Shown here piece by piece: positions 1 to 8,988 of a stretch of DNA of 64,000 nt. Position numbers and translations under genes: made by a program. The stretch covers positions 1,125 through 65,124 of the forward strand of contig DJRQ01000065.1 in the NCBI GenBank assembly GCA_002440125.1, in the 5' to 3' direction. The number at the start of each line of letters is the position of its first letter. The first letter of the stretch is position 1. The DNA comes from Bacillales bacterium UBA6356 (GTDB lineage Bacteria > Bacillota_I > Bacilli_A > RFN20 > CAG-826). Under the pieces are notes generated by a model that saw only the letters and a program-made list of their open reading frames with translations, searched no databases and had not been told where the DNA came from.

Positions 1-180
1 CTTAACAAGGTGGAGCAAGCCATTCTCTTTTTGGCTTATTGCCATTTCTATTACGATAGCGAAGAAGTCGCCAAGGCCGTTGTCATCAATTTTTCCGTCT
101 CTTTCGCCAAAAAATATCTCGGCCCAGAAGACTATAAATTCGTCAATGGCATTCTCGACAAGGTATTAGTCCGTGAATAA
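1..180 (+). CDS. nusB: Transcription antitermination factor NusB, C-terminal fragment (5' end outside window)
   Basis: Frame 1 is open from base 1 to TAA at 178-180 (...SFAKKYLGPEDYKFVNGILDKVLVRE*), which resembles the NusB C-terminus. It lies directly upstream of xseA as in Bacillus. Confidence 0.6.
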   Translation, partial: LNKVEQAILFLAYCHFYYDSEEVAKAVVINFSVSFAKKYLGPEDYKFVNGILDKVLVRE

Positions 181-1387
181 GGGAGAAAAAAGGATCCTAT
201 CCGTAAGCGAAGTCAACGCCTCTATCAAAGGCATACTGGAGGGGATTCCTTTTTTCGCTTCCCTTGTCGTCAAAGGCGAGATTTCAAATTGGAAGCGTTA
301 CAAAAGCGGCGTCTTCTTCGATTTGAAGGACGAAAAAGGGGCGAGGCTTTCTTGCACCATTTGGAACGATTACTTGGAATATCTTCCTTTTTCCCCTAAA
401 GATGGCGATGAGGTTCTCGCTTATGGAAAGCTGTCGGTATATGCCTTGAAGGGCCGCTACAGCCTTTCTGCTTTTCGTCTTGAGAAACAAGGTTTAGGTA
501 GTTCTCTATTGGCCTTAGAAGAGCTAAAAAAGAAGCTTAGCAAAGAAGGTTTATTCGATGAAAGCCGAAAAAGGGAGCTTCCGAAATTCCCTAAAGCTAT
601 CGGCATCATATGCGGGAAAGACAGTGCCGCCGAAAGCGACCTTCTAAAAAACATAAGTCGGCGGTATCCTTTGGCGGATATCTACGTTTTCAATGCCATC
701 GTTCAAGGGAGCTTAGCTCCCAAAAGTCTCTTAAATGCCATCGAAAAGGCTTCGAAAGCGCCGCTTGACGTTTTGATTTTGGCAAGAGGGGGCGGATCGA
801 ACGAGGATTTGTCCTCGTTTAATGACGAAAGGGTTGTGCGAGCCTTCTCTTCTTTCCCTAAACCGACTATCAGCGCAGTAGGGCATGAAATCGATGTCAC
901 ATTGGTGGATTTCGTAAGCGATAAGCGAGCAAGCACGCCAACCGGGGCGGCCGAGCTTGCCACGCCAGACCTCGAGGAATTAAAAGAGACCCTCTTGGAA
1001 GACGAAAAAAGGCTTCAAGGGTCCTTGCAAAAGCTTATATCCATTAAAGAGGCAAAGCTTCGCTCTTTGTCTTCGAGGCCTTTCTTCCTCGATCCCACAA
1101 GTGCTTACCGGCTTTTCGAGGAAAAACTCGAAAACTACCGCAAGCGCCTTCATAATCAAATGGAAAGCAAACTCTCCTTTTTGGCGCTTCGGCTAAAGAA
1201 AGATCAAGAGAAACTTGAGCTTTCTTCGCCAAAAAAGACGATTGGGCGCGGTTATAGCATGCTTCTTGACGAAAAAGGGGAAGTCCTATCGAGCGCGCAA
1301 GAATTAAGCGAAGGCACTCGGTTTAAAGCAATCTTGCAGGATGGTATAGTTAAAGCAATAAGCGAAGGGAAGGAACAGGATGAGTAA
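173..1387 (+). CDS. xseA: Exodeoxyribonuclease VII large subunit
   Basis: 404-aa ORF with a GTG start overlapping the nusB stop. Motifs seen: LSVSEVNASIKGILE (OB-fold N-terminus), ILARGGGSNEDL, GHEIDVTLVDFVSDKRASTPTGAAE. Followed by xseB. Confidence 0.9.
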   Translation: MNKGEKRILSVSEVNASIKGILEGIPFFASLVVKGEISNWKRYKSGVFFDLKDEKGARLSCTIWNDYLEYLPFSPKDGDEVLAYGKLSVYALKGRYSLSAFRLEKQGLGSSLLALEELKKKLSKEGLFDESRKRELPKFPKAIGIICGKDSAAESDLLKNISRRYPLADIYVFNAIVQGSLAPKSLLNAIEKASKAPLDVLILARGGGSNEDLSSFNDERVVRAFSSFPKPTISAVGHEIDVTLVDFVSDKRASTPTGAAELATPDLEELKETLLEDEKRLQGSLQKLISIKEAKLRSLSSRPFFLDPTSAYRLFEEKLENYRKRLHNQMESKLSFLALRLKKDQEKLELSSPKKTIGRGYSMLLDEKGEVLSSAQELSEGTRFKAILQDGIVKAISEGKEQDE

Positions 1388-1577
1388 CGAAGTGGAAAAA
1401 GAAGAATCCTTCGAGAAAAAGATCGAAAGGCTCGAAGAAATCGTAGCGAAGGTAGAAAATGAGGTTCTCCCTCTTGCAAAAGCCATGTCCTATTATCAAG
1501 AAGGCATTAAGCTCATTAAAGATTGCGAGTCGCTTTTGAAGGACGCCAAGAGCAAAATCATTATTGAAGAAAAGTAA
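1380..1577 (+). CDS. xseB: Exodeoxyribonuclease VII small subunit
   Basis: 65-aa helical protein (FEKKIERLEEIVAKVEN...YQEGIKLIKDCESLL). It overlaps the xseA stop by 8 nt. Confidence 0.9.
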   Translation: MSNEVEKEESFEKKIERLEEIVAKVENEVLPLAKAMSYYQEGIKLIKDCESLLKDAKSKIIIEEK

Positions 1578-1632
1578 ATATATAGAATAAAAATAGTATT
1601 TATATAGTATTTTATTTATTCTGGGAAACATT

Positions 1633-3516
1633 GTGTTTATCGATAAAATCTCTCAAAATAGTCCAATAGACGTTAAAAAACTTACCTACAAAGAAATTGA
1701 TGTTTTAGCAGAGGAAATCCGCGAGGAGATCCTGAAGGAGACATCGCTTTATGGCGGCCATTTAAGCTCCAATTTGGGGATGGTCGAATTGACGCTTGCG
1801 CTTTATCGCTCTTTCGCTTTCCCTAGCGACAAGTTGCTTTTCGATGTTGGCCATCAAAGCTATACGCATAAGATTTTGACGGGGCGAAGCCTTAAAGACC
1901 TTGGCAGCATGCATCGAGGGAGTCGCTTTTGCGACACGAAGGAAAGCGTCTATGACCCTGTTGATGCCGGACATAGCTCGACCTCTCTTTCCTTGGCTGA
2001 GGGATTTGCTTTGTCTAGGGATCTAAAAGGCGAGAAATCCGATGTGGTGGCGGTTATTGGGGATGCTTCCATCGCCAATGGCCTCTCTTTCGAAGCCCTT
2101 AATTCCATTGGCACAAGCGGAACCAAAGTCATCGTCATCCTTAACGACAACGACATGTCGATAAGCGCTCCAAGCGGCGCCCTTTCGCGCTTCTTTAGAA
2201 AGATTTCGACCGACAAGCTCTATAACAAGGCCAAGGTGGCTTATCGAAAGGGTTTAACCAAAAGCAAAATCGGCCGTTCCTTCTATGCTTTCTCTTTTTT
2301 CATAAAGAACCAAATCAAGAGGGCCTTCGTTCCGGTGACCCTTTTCGAAACGCTTGGTTTCACTTATCTTGGTCCCGTCGATGGGCACGATGTTAAAGCG
2401 ATGGAAAAAGCCTTTCGAAACGCGAAAAACACAACCAAACCGACTTTGGTCCACGTGATAACGAAAAAAGGGAAGGGATATCCCTTCTCCGAAGAGGACA
2501 AAGACGGCTCTTTTCATAGCGTCCCTCCTTTCTTTTTGGAAACGGGGAAAAAGAAAGAAGTGAAGAAAGGCTATTTATCTTTCCCGGAATTCTTTGGGAA
2601 CCTCGTCTATGAAAAGATGAAGGAAGACGAGAAAACGATTTTGATTGCCGCTGCCATGATAAAAGGCAGCGCCCTTGAGAAAGCCTTTTCCTCTTTTCCT
2701 AGGCGCTCTTTTGACGTCGGGATCGCCGAGGAACATGCCGTGACTTTGGCGAGTTCTTTCGCCTTGAACGGCTTTCATCCCATCGTCTCTCTTTATAGCA
2801 CTTTTTTGCAACGCTCCTATGACGAGCTTCTCCATGATTGCGCTCGCAAAGGCGTTTCCATGACGCTTCTAATCGATCGGGCGGGTTTGCCCGGGAAAGA
2901 TGGCGAGACGCATGCGGGGATATATGACGTCGCTTTCTTAAAGTCGATTCCCCATGTTTCCGTCTTTATGCCGAAGGATTTTCTCGAAGCGAAGGAACTT
3001 TTTATGGACTCCTTTGAAGAAGGGAAGGGGATTTACGCCATCCGGTATCCTAATCTTTTAAGCCCCGTCGAAGGAAAAGGGGAGATAAAGCTTCTAGATG
3101 GCTATTCTCTTTTAAAGGAGAAAGAAGAGGGCTCTTCATCGCTCCTTTTGACGATTGGACCAAGCGGTTTGGCGCTTCGAGACGCCCTTTCGGAAGAGTT
3201 CAAAGGCGAGATCCTCTCTTGCTTCTCTTTAGAGCCCATTCCTTCTTCGCTCCTTGACGAAATAAAGAAATTCAAAACCCTTTACGTCTATGACCAAACG
3301 GGAACCGAGAAAGGGTTCGCGGAATCTTTGAAATCGCTTTTATTCGATAAGAAAATCGATATTGACGCTCATTTCTTCGTTCTTCCAAACGCCTTTGTCC
3401 CGCATGGAAGCAAAGAGGAGGAAGAGGCTTTTTTCGGACTTGATGTCAGAACGCTCAAAGAAAAGATTCTTTCCTTTGAAAGCAGAAGCGGAAGAAATGC
3501 TAAGATTGAAGCATGA
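1633..3516 (+). CDS. dxs: 1-deoxy-D-xylulose-5-phosphate synthase (MEP pathway)
   Basis: 627 aa with a GTG start. Motifs seen: GGHLSSNLGMVELTLALY, DVGHQSYTHKILTGR, GDASIANGLSFEALN, and the transketolase-like GIAEEHAVT. Confidence 0.93.
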   Translation: MFIDKISQNSPIDVKKLTYKEIDVLAEEIREEILKETSLYGGHLSSNLGMVELTLALYRSFAFPSDKLLFDVGHQSYTHKILTGRSLKDLGSMHRGSRFCDTKESVYDPVDAGHSSTSLSLAEGFALSRDLKGEKSDVVAVIGDASIANGLSFEALNSIGTSGTKVIVILNDNDMSISAPSGALSRFFRKISTDKLYNKAKVAYRKGLTKSKIGRSFYAFSFFIKNQIKRAFVPVTLFETLGFTYLGPVDGHDVKAMEKAFRNAKNTTKPTLVHVITKKGKGYPFSEEDKDGSFHSVPPFFLETGKKKEVKKGYLSFPEFFGNLVYEKMKEDEKTILIAAAMIKGSALEKAFSSFPRRSFDVGIAEEHAVTLASSFALNGFHPIVSLYSTFLQRSYDELLHDCARKGVSMTLLIDRAGLPGKDGETHAGIYDVAFLKSIPHVSVFMPKDFLEAKELFMDSFEEGKGIYAIRYPNLLSPVEGKGEIKLLDGYSLLKEKEEGSSSLLLTIGPSGLALRDALSEEFKGEILSCFSLEPIPSSLLDEIKKFKTLYVYDQTGTEKGFAESLKSLLFDKKIDIDAHFFVLPNAFVPHGSKEEEEAFFGLDVRTLKEKILSFESRSGRNAKIEA

Positions 3517-4691
3517 GCAAGGTCATTCTCCATATCGATCTCAATGCGTTCTTTGCCACCGCCGAGCGCCTTCGCCATCCGGAATGGAAGGGGGAGCCAA
3601 TCATCGTCGGCGGGGAAACCTTTCGAGGCGTTGTTTCGACTTGTTCCTATGAGGCGCGTTCCTTTGGCGTGCGAAGCGCGATGCCGATAGTCGAAGCCAA
3701 ACGCCTTTGTCCGAAAGGGCATTTCGTTCCTTGCGATTTCCCATATTATTCAATGCTTTCGCGGTCTTTTTTCGCTTATCTAAGAGAAGTGAGCCCTCTT
3801 ATCGAAGAGGCGTCCATCGATGAAGGATATCTCGATATCACTCGCCAAATTCGAAAAGAGCAGGATCCCCTTTCCTATTTGAAGAAAATTCAAGAAGGTT
3901 TGCTTTTGCGGATCGGCCTACAAAGTTCGCTTGGCGTTGCTCCGACGAAGTTTTTGTCCAAGATGGCCAGTGACATGAAAAAACCGATGGGTATTACCAT
4001 TTTGCGAAGGAAGGATCTCGAAAAGCTTCTTTATCCCTTGCCGATTTCTTCTTTTTTCGGGATCGGAAAGAAAAGCGCTCCAATCTTAGAGGCCCATGGC
4101 ATCAAAACGATTGGCGATTTGAAACGCCGCTTTGAGAAGGAGGATCCCTTTCTAAAAGCCCATTTCGGAAAGATGTATCAAACTTTGAAAGAGGAAGTCA
4201 ATGGCTATGGGGATGATCTTGTCGACCCTTCTCCCTACGATCCCAAAAGCATCGGCCATAGCGAAACCTTTCCTTTTGACACGGACGAGGAAAAGCGAAT
4301 CAAAGAAAAGATCTCGGAATTGACCCATCTTTCCTTCTTATCGCTTGAAAGGGAGAAAAAGAAAGTCAAGACGGTGCAACTTCTCGCGAAAGATAGCTCC
4401 TTTCATTCCTTTACGAGGAGCCATTCCTTCGAAGAAGGGGTTAACGATGAAGAGACGTTAAAAAAAGAACTCCTAAAGCTTTACGAGAAGAATTTCCTAG
4501 GCAAAGAGCTTCGCTTGGTTGGCGTCTCTTTCCAAAACCTCATCGATCCTTTCAAAGAGACCGTCCAAATGAATTTTTGGAATTATGGCGATTACGAAAA
4601 GCTCGACAAGACAAAGTTATTGGTCAATGAGCTCAACCGGAAGCTTGATAAGCCGCTTCTGAAATTAGCGAGCAAAGAGAAAAAGAAATAA
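3513..4691 (+). CDS. dinB: DNA polymerase IV (Y-family translesion polymerase)
   Basis: 392 aa. Motifs seen: ILHIDLNAFFATAE, SIDEGYLDIT, GVAPTKFLSKMASDMKKP. ATGA overlap with the dxs stop. Confidence 0.9.
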   Translation: MSKVILHIDLNAFFATAERLRHPEWKGEPIIVGGETFRGVVSTCSYEARSFGVRSAMPIVEAKRLCPKGHFVPCDFPYYSMLSRSFFAYLREVSPLIEEASIDEGYLDITRQIRKEQDPLSYLKKIQEGLLLRIGLQSSLGVAPTKFLSKMASDMKKPMGITILRRKDLEKLLYPLPISSFFGIGKKSAPILEAHGIKTIGDLKRRFEKEDPFLKAHFGKMYQTLKEEVNGYGDDLVDPSPYDPKSIGHSETFPFDTDEEKRIKEKISELTHLSFLSLEREKKKVKTVQLLAKDSSFHSFTRSHSFEEGVNDEETLKKELLKLYEKNFLGKELRLVGVSFQNLIDPFKETVQMNFWNYGDYEKLDKTKLLVNELNRKLDKPLLKLASKEKKK

Positions 4692-5575
4692 TGGATATCT
4701 TAGAAGCGGCAAGAATTTATCTCGAAGACAAAAGGGTCGCAAAAGGCAGCAGCGAAATCACCCTTCTGAACTACAAAGAAGACCTTAAGCTTTTCTTTCT
4801 CTTCGAAAAGGACCTTCTCAAAACGACCGATGATCTCAAAGAAGAGATGCTCGCCGATTACTTGCTTTTCCTCGATAAGGAATATAAGGCGACTTCCACA
4901 ATCCTTCGACGGGCTTCCTCTCTTTTGGGCTTTTACGCCTTTCTTTCCGACGAAGGGCTTTATAAAGGGAGGCTTCCTGATTACGAGAAGCCGCGCCATG
5001 AAAAGAGAATTCCGAACGTTCTTACTTACGAAGAGGTGGAGCGGCTATTGGAAGCGCCTTGCATCGCGACGGATTCTGGGATGCGCGACAAAGCGATGCT
5101 TGAGCTCCTATACGCTTCTGGCCTCCGCGTGAGCGAACTTCTTTCCCTTCGCTTCAAAGATGTTGATTTTCTTAATCGAACGCTCGATGTCGTGGGGAAA
5201 GGCGCCAAGGAAAGAATTGTCCCTTTTAGCAAATTCTCCGACAAATACCTTGAGAAATATCTTGATGGCCCAAGAAAAAGAAACAAAGGGAAGGACACCC
5301 CTTACCTTTTTTTGAACCGTTTCGGCAAACCGATTTCTCGCGTTTACTTTTTTAAGGCCATTCAAAAATACGCCAAAGAAGCCAATATTGATAAGCCTGT
5401 TTCGCCGCATAGCCTTCGCCATAGCTTCGCCACCCATCTTTTGGAACAAGGCGCGAGCTTAAGAAGCGTGCAAGAGCTTTTGGGGCATTCAAAAATCACG
5501 ACGACGGAGATTTACACGGAAGTCTCCGTGGGTCGAATCATGAGCGCCTATGACTTATATAGCAAAAAGAAGTAA
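4691..5575 (+). CDS. xerD: Tyrosine site-specific recombinase, XerD/XerC family
   Basis: 294 aa. The C-terminal catalytic region reads RDKAMLELLYASGLRVSE...HSLRHSFATHLLEQGASLRSVQELLGHSKITTTEIYTEV (R-H-R-Y set). It sits next to deoB, as ripX(xerD)-drm does in B. subtilis. Confidence 0.8.
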   Translation: MDILEAARIYLEDKRVAKGSSEITLLNYKEDLKLFFLFEKDLLKTTDDLKEEMLADYLLFLDKEYKATSTILRRASSLLGFYAFLSDEGLYKGRLPDYEKPRHEKRIPNVLTYEEVERLLEAPCIATDSGMRDKAMLELLYASGLRVSELLSLRFKDVDFLNRTLDVVGKGAKERIVPFSKFSDKYLEKYLDGPRKRNKGKDTPYLFLNRFGKPISRVYFFKAIQKYAKEANIDKPVSPHSLRHSFATHLLEQGASLRSVQELLGHSKITTTEIYTEVSVGRIMSAYDLYSKKK

Positions 5576-5597
5576 AATAGGATGGTGAGGTAAGACC

Positions 5598-6797
5598 ATG
5601 GAATATCCTTATAAAAGAATTTTCTTAATTGTCGCCGATAGTGCCGGCATCGGCGAAGAGCCGGATGCTGAGAAGTTTGGCGATAGGGGATCGAATACTT
5701 GGAAGCATGCCGCCGAAAGCGTCGGCTCCATCCATGTGCCTAATATGGAAAGGATGGGTTTGGGCTTTTTGGACGACATCCCTGGCGTGAAGCCTTTTAT
5801 AGATTCCGATTCCTTTGCGCTTGCCCTTCGCGAAAGAAGCAATGGCAAAGACACGATGACTGGACATTGGGAGATGATGGGGGTTCTCACGACGAAGCCT
5901 TTTAAGACCTTCACGGACACGGGTTTCCCCAAAGAGCTTATCGACGAACTCTCTTTGCGCACGGGCCATAAGATTATTGGGAATATGGCTATGAGCGGAA
6001 CGGAGATCCTCAAAGTTCTCGGCGAAAAGCAGATGATGGAAAATAGCCTTATTGTCTATACGAGCGCCGATAGCGTCCTTCAGATTGCCGCTCACGAAAA
6101 GGTGACGGGTCTAGAGGAACTCTATCGATGTTGCGAAATCGCCCGCGAGCTTTGCATGAAGCCCGAGTGGCGGGTGGGACGTGTCATTGCCCGTCCTTAT
6201 CTAGGGACTTCCAAAGCCGATTTCAAAAGAACCGCAAACCGTCATGACTATGCCCTTAAGCCCCCCATGGCGACCGATATGGATATCCTAAAAGAACATT
6301 CTTTCATGACGAGTTGCGTGGGAAAAATTAGCGACATCTTCGATGGAGCTGGCGTCACAAAGAGCGTGCATACGATTTCGAATTTGGATGGCATGGATAA
6401 AACCATCGACCAAGTCAAAAACGAAGATTGGACGGGACTTTGCTTTGTGAACCTCGTGGAGTTCGATAGCGAATACGGCCACCGAAGGAATCCTAAGGGC
6501 TATGCGAGAGCGTTAGAGGATTTCGATAAGCAGCTTGGGATCATGATCCCCCTTCTTAAAGAGAGCGACCTCTTGCTCGTTACGGCGGACCATGGAAACG
6601 ATCCGACCTTCAAAGGGACCGATCATACCAGAGAGAAGGTGCCTTTGCTCGCTTATAGCAAGTCGATTAAGCGCGGCAAGCTTCTTCCCGAAGGCGATAG
6701 CTTTGCCAATATCGGCGCGACGATTCTTAAAAATTTCAATTTGAAGAAAAACGACGATTTGATTGGAACGCCAATCGATGAAATACTAGGAAAGTAG
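5598..6797 (+). CDS. deoB: Phosphopentomutase
   Basis: 399 aa. Motifs seen: DSAGIGEEPDAEKFGDRGSNT, GHWEMMG, TADHGNDPTFKGTDHTREKVPLL. RBS GGTGAGG lies upstream. Confidence 0.92.
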   Translation: MEYPYKRIFLIVADSAGIGEEPDAEKFGDRGSNTWKHAAESVGSIHVPNMERMGLGFLDDIPGVKPFIDSDSFALALRERSNGKDTMTGHWEMMGVLTTKPFKTFTDTGFPKELIDELSLRTGHKIIGNMAMSGTEILKVLGEKQMMENSLIVYTSADSVLQIAAHEKVTGLEELYRCCEIARELCMKPEWRVGRVIARPYLGTSKADFKRTANRHDYALKPPMATDMDILKEHSFMTSCVGKISDIFDGAGVTKSVHTISNLDGMDKTIDQVKNEDWTGLCFVNLVEFDSEYGHRRNPKGYARALEDFDKQLGIMIPLLKESDLLLVTADHGNDPTFKGTDHTREKVPLLAYSKSIKRGKLLPEGDSFANIGATILKNFNLKKNDDLIGTPIDEILGK

Positions 6798-6806
6798 GTA
6801 ATTAAA

Positions 6807-7826
6807 ATGAAAAAAACACATTCTTTCGTTTTCGCTTTGTCTTTCTTGCTTTTGTCCTCTTGCGGAGGCCAAAGCCTTGAATCTTCCTCTTCTTCCTCGA
6901 TTATCGAAGAAGACCCTTTAACGATTCTTTCTCCCGCCGGGGCGCCGACCCTTGCGCTTTATAATCACATCGATGACGAGAATTTCTTAACGACCAAAGA
7001 CGCCACGCAAGTGGCTTTGGCAATGAAGACTGCAAGCAATAAGGACGCTTTGATTTTCGATGGGGTCAATGGCTTGAAGTTCCATAAAGCGAAACAAACT
7101 TCCACTGATTGGAAGCTTGCGAGATGGTTGACGGGAGGCAATTTCTACATCGTTTCCACAAAGCACACCAAAGAGGACATCTTCGACGAGAATAGCAAGA
7201 TTCTTTCCTTTGGGAATGGCCTTTTGCCCGATAAAGTCTTTCGCTCTTTGGTAACAAACAAATGGCATTGGACGATAAACGAAGAGAATATCAAATACGA
7301 GGCGGGAACCTCTCAAGTTTCGGCGATTTTAGGAAGCGAGAATTACGCTTCTTATGATTATTACTTTATTGCGGAACCGTCTTTGCAAGCGGCCAAGACG
7401 AATCTCAAAAGCAAAGGGATAGAAGCTTCGATTAACGAGATTTATAACCTTCGAGAGGAATGGAAAGACTATTCTGGAATGGAATACATTCCTCAAGCGG
7501 CTCTCTTTGTGAATGCTACAAGCTACCAAGCGAAGAATGAATCCTTTGCCAATCTCCTTGAGGAAGTGGACGAAAATCTCAATGATGCCATCTATAATCC
7601 TCAGAAAATCGTTTCTTTCCTAAATGAAAAAGAGCCGAACTCCGATAATCAAGCGGATAGGCTTGGTTTTAAAGCGGCGCTAGTAGGGCTCCTCCAAAAA
7701 GAAGAAGCCAACCGTTTTGGGATGATCGACACCAAAAAAGTGCCTAATGCAAAAGAATTCGTGAACACCTTTATGGAGAAGATCGGCGAATCGGTAAGAT
7801 TCGACGATTCCGATTTCCTCTCTTAA
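6807..7826 (+). CDS. Lipoprotein, probable ABC-transporter substrate-binding protein (NMT1/sulfonate-like; substrate unknown)
   Basis: Signal peptide plus lipobox (FALSFLLLSSCGG), a serine-rich linker, then ILSPAGAPTLAL, which is typical of periplasmic-binding folds. It lies immediately upstream of an ABC permease. Confidence 0.6.
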   Translation: MKKTHSFVFALSFLLLSSCGGQSLESSSSSSIIEEDPLTILSPAGAPTLALYNHIDDENFLTTKDATQVALAMKTASNKDALIFDGVNGLKFHKAKQTSTDWKLARWLTGGNFYIVSTKHTKEDIFDENSKILSFGNGLLPDKVFRSLVTNKWHWTINEENIKYEAGTSQVSAILGSENYASYDYYFIAEPSLQAAKTNLKSKGIEASINEIYNLREEWKDYSGMEYIPQAALFVNATSYQAKNESFANLLEEVDENLNDAIYNPQKIVSFLNEKEPNSDNQADRLGFKAALVGLLQKEEANRFGMIDTKKVPNAKEFVNTFMEKIGESVRFDDSDFLS

Positions 7827-7843
7827 TATATATAAGGAATAAG

Positions 7844-8656
7844 ATGAAGAAAAAACGCCCTCTCCAAAAATGCGTCTCATTTGCGCTTGGCGTTTTTTTC
7901 TTTATTTTCTTTTGGTGGCTTTTGAGCTTTTCCCTAGAAGCGAACGACCTTCATTACCTTCCTTCGCCTTTTAGAATATTCGAAGAAGTGGGGGTGCTTC
8001 TTTTTGGGGGAGGCGCTTTAAAGACATGGTCCGCTATCGGTTATAGCAGCTTGAAGCTTTTTATCGGCTTCTCGATTTCCTTTGTCTTGGCGCTTGTGCT
8101 TGGCACTCTATCGTCCTTATTTCCGCTCTTTGCCTCTTTCGAAAAAAGCCATATCCTCCTTTTTCGAAGCATCCCAACCGCAGGGATCGCCCTCGTTTTA
8201 GGGACGGCCTTTTGGCTTGAGCTACCTTTCTTACAGCCTTTTATTCCATCTCTTTTGACGATTTTGGTTGCTTTTCCGATTCTTTATCAAGGCTTTCTCG
8301 ATGGCATTCTTGCGATAGGAGACGAGGTGAAAGATGCACTTCGTCTCGAAGGAGCGGAGCGCAAAATGGAAAGCGTTCTTTTTGTGTATTGGCCTGGTGC
8401 ATCGAATTTTATCATTCTTTCCATAACGCAAGCTCTTGGCCTTTCCTTTAAGGTGACTATTATGAGCGAAATAGTCACAAACTCCGGAACCTCGAAGGCG
8501 ATGGGGCTAGGGACGCTTATTGGGAAGGCTATAACTTTGGATGCCGATTTGGAGGCTGCTCTAGGCTACTCTTTGATTGCCGTCCTTTTGGTTTTCGTCG
8601 TTGACGGCATCTTCTTTTTCCCTAAGAAAAAAATAGAAGAAGAAATAAGCGATTAG
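7844..8656 (+). CDS. ABC transporter permease (NitT/TauT-type binding-protein-dependent inner-membrane component)
   Basis: 270 aa with about 6 TM segments and an EAA-loop-like motif, DALRLEGAERKMESVLFVYWPGA. Confidence 0.75.
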   Translation: MKKKRPLQKCVSFALGVFFFIFFWWLLSFSLEANDLHYLPSPFRIFEEVGVLLFGGGALKTWSAIGYSSLKLFIGFSISFVLALVLGTLSSLFPLFASFEKSHILLFRSIPTAGIALVLGTAFWLELPFLQPFIPSLLTILVAFPILYQGFLDGILAIGDEVKDALRLEGAERKMESVLFVYWPGASNFIILSITQALGLSFKVTIMSEIVTNSGTSKAMGLGTLIGKAITLDADLEAALGYSLIAVLLVFVVDGIFFFPKKKIEEEISD

Positions 8657-8677
8657 CAAATTGCAAAGAAATCTTAT

Positions 8678-8708
8678 CGGGCCGAAATAGGTCTATTTTT
8701 TATTTTTT
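8678..8708 (+). terminator. Weak candidate intrinsic terminator after the permease gene
   Basis: Short GGCC-GAAAUA-GGUC stem (4-5 bp including G-U) followed by AUUUUUUAUUUUUU. The stem is weak. Confidence 0.3.
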
Positions 8709-8988
8709 AGAGGAAAAAGAATGGGCCGATGATATCATTAGGCGTTTGACGAGAACGTCAATTTATTCCATCAATTAAGCAAATATAGAAAGTTGATTGG
8801 AAATCGTTGTGGATGGAATGAATAAACTTATCGGTGGATCGTTCGATTTTCATTCAAAAATGCATTAGTTATTATTTAGTAGACCTCGATGGCGGTGCAA
8901 AACCACTCGAATAAAAGGTTTAAAAAACAAAAAGCATTTAAATTTCAAAAACATTCTAAACGAATAAATGTAACTAGAATTTAGAGCT

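Noticed and set aside
3362-3652. 96-aa ORF spanning the dxs/dinB junction, considered as possible TGA read-through (genetic code 4)
   Set aside because: Treating TGA as Trp would only append junk sequence to Dxs. The dxs, ispH, rsmE and hemW proteins all end at TGA at the expected lengths, with the next gene's start overlapping. Code 11 therefore applies.
8710-8727. GAGGAAAAAGAATGGGCC, which resembles the RNase P RNA P4 strand (GAGGAAAGUCC...)
   Set aside because: The match is partial. The complementary P4 strand (ACAGAA...) and the other conserved RNase P elements are absent from both strands of the gap.
8808-8841. Two DnaA-box-like 9-mers (TGTGGATGG, GGTGGATCG) in the AT-rich gap, considered as a possible origin
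   Set aside because: Each matches only 6-7 of 9 positions. The flanking genes converge rather than diverge, and no dnaA/dnaN is nearby. The terminus interpretation fits better.
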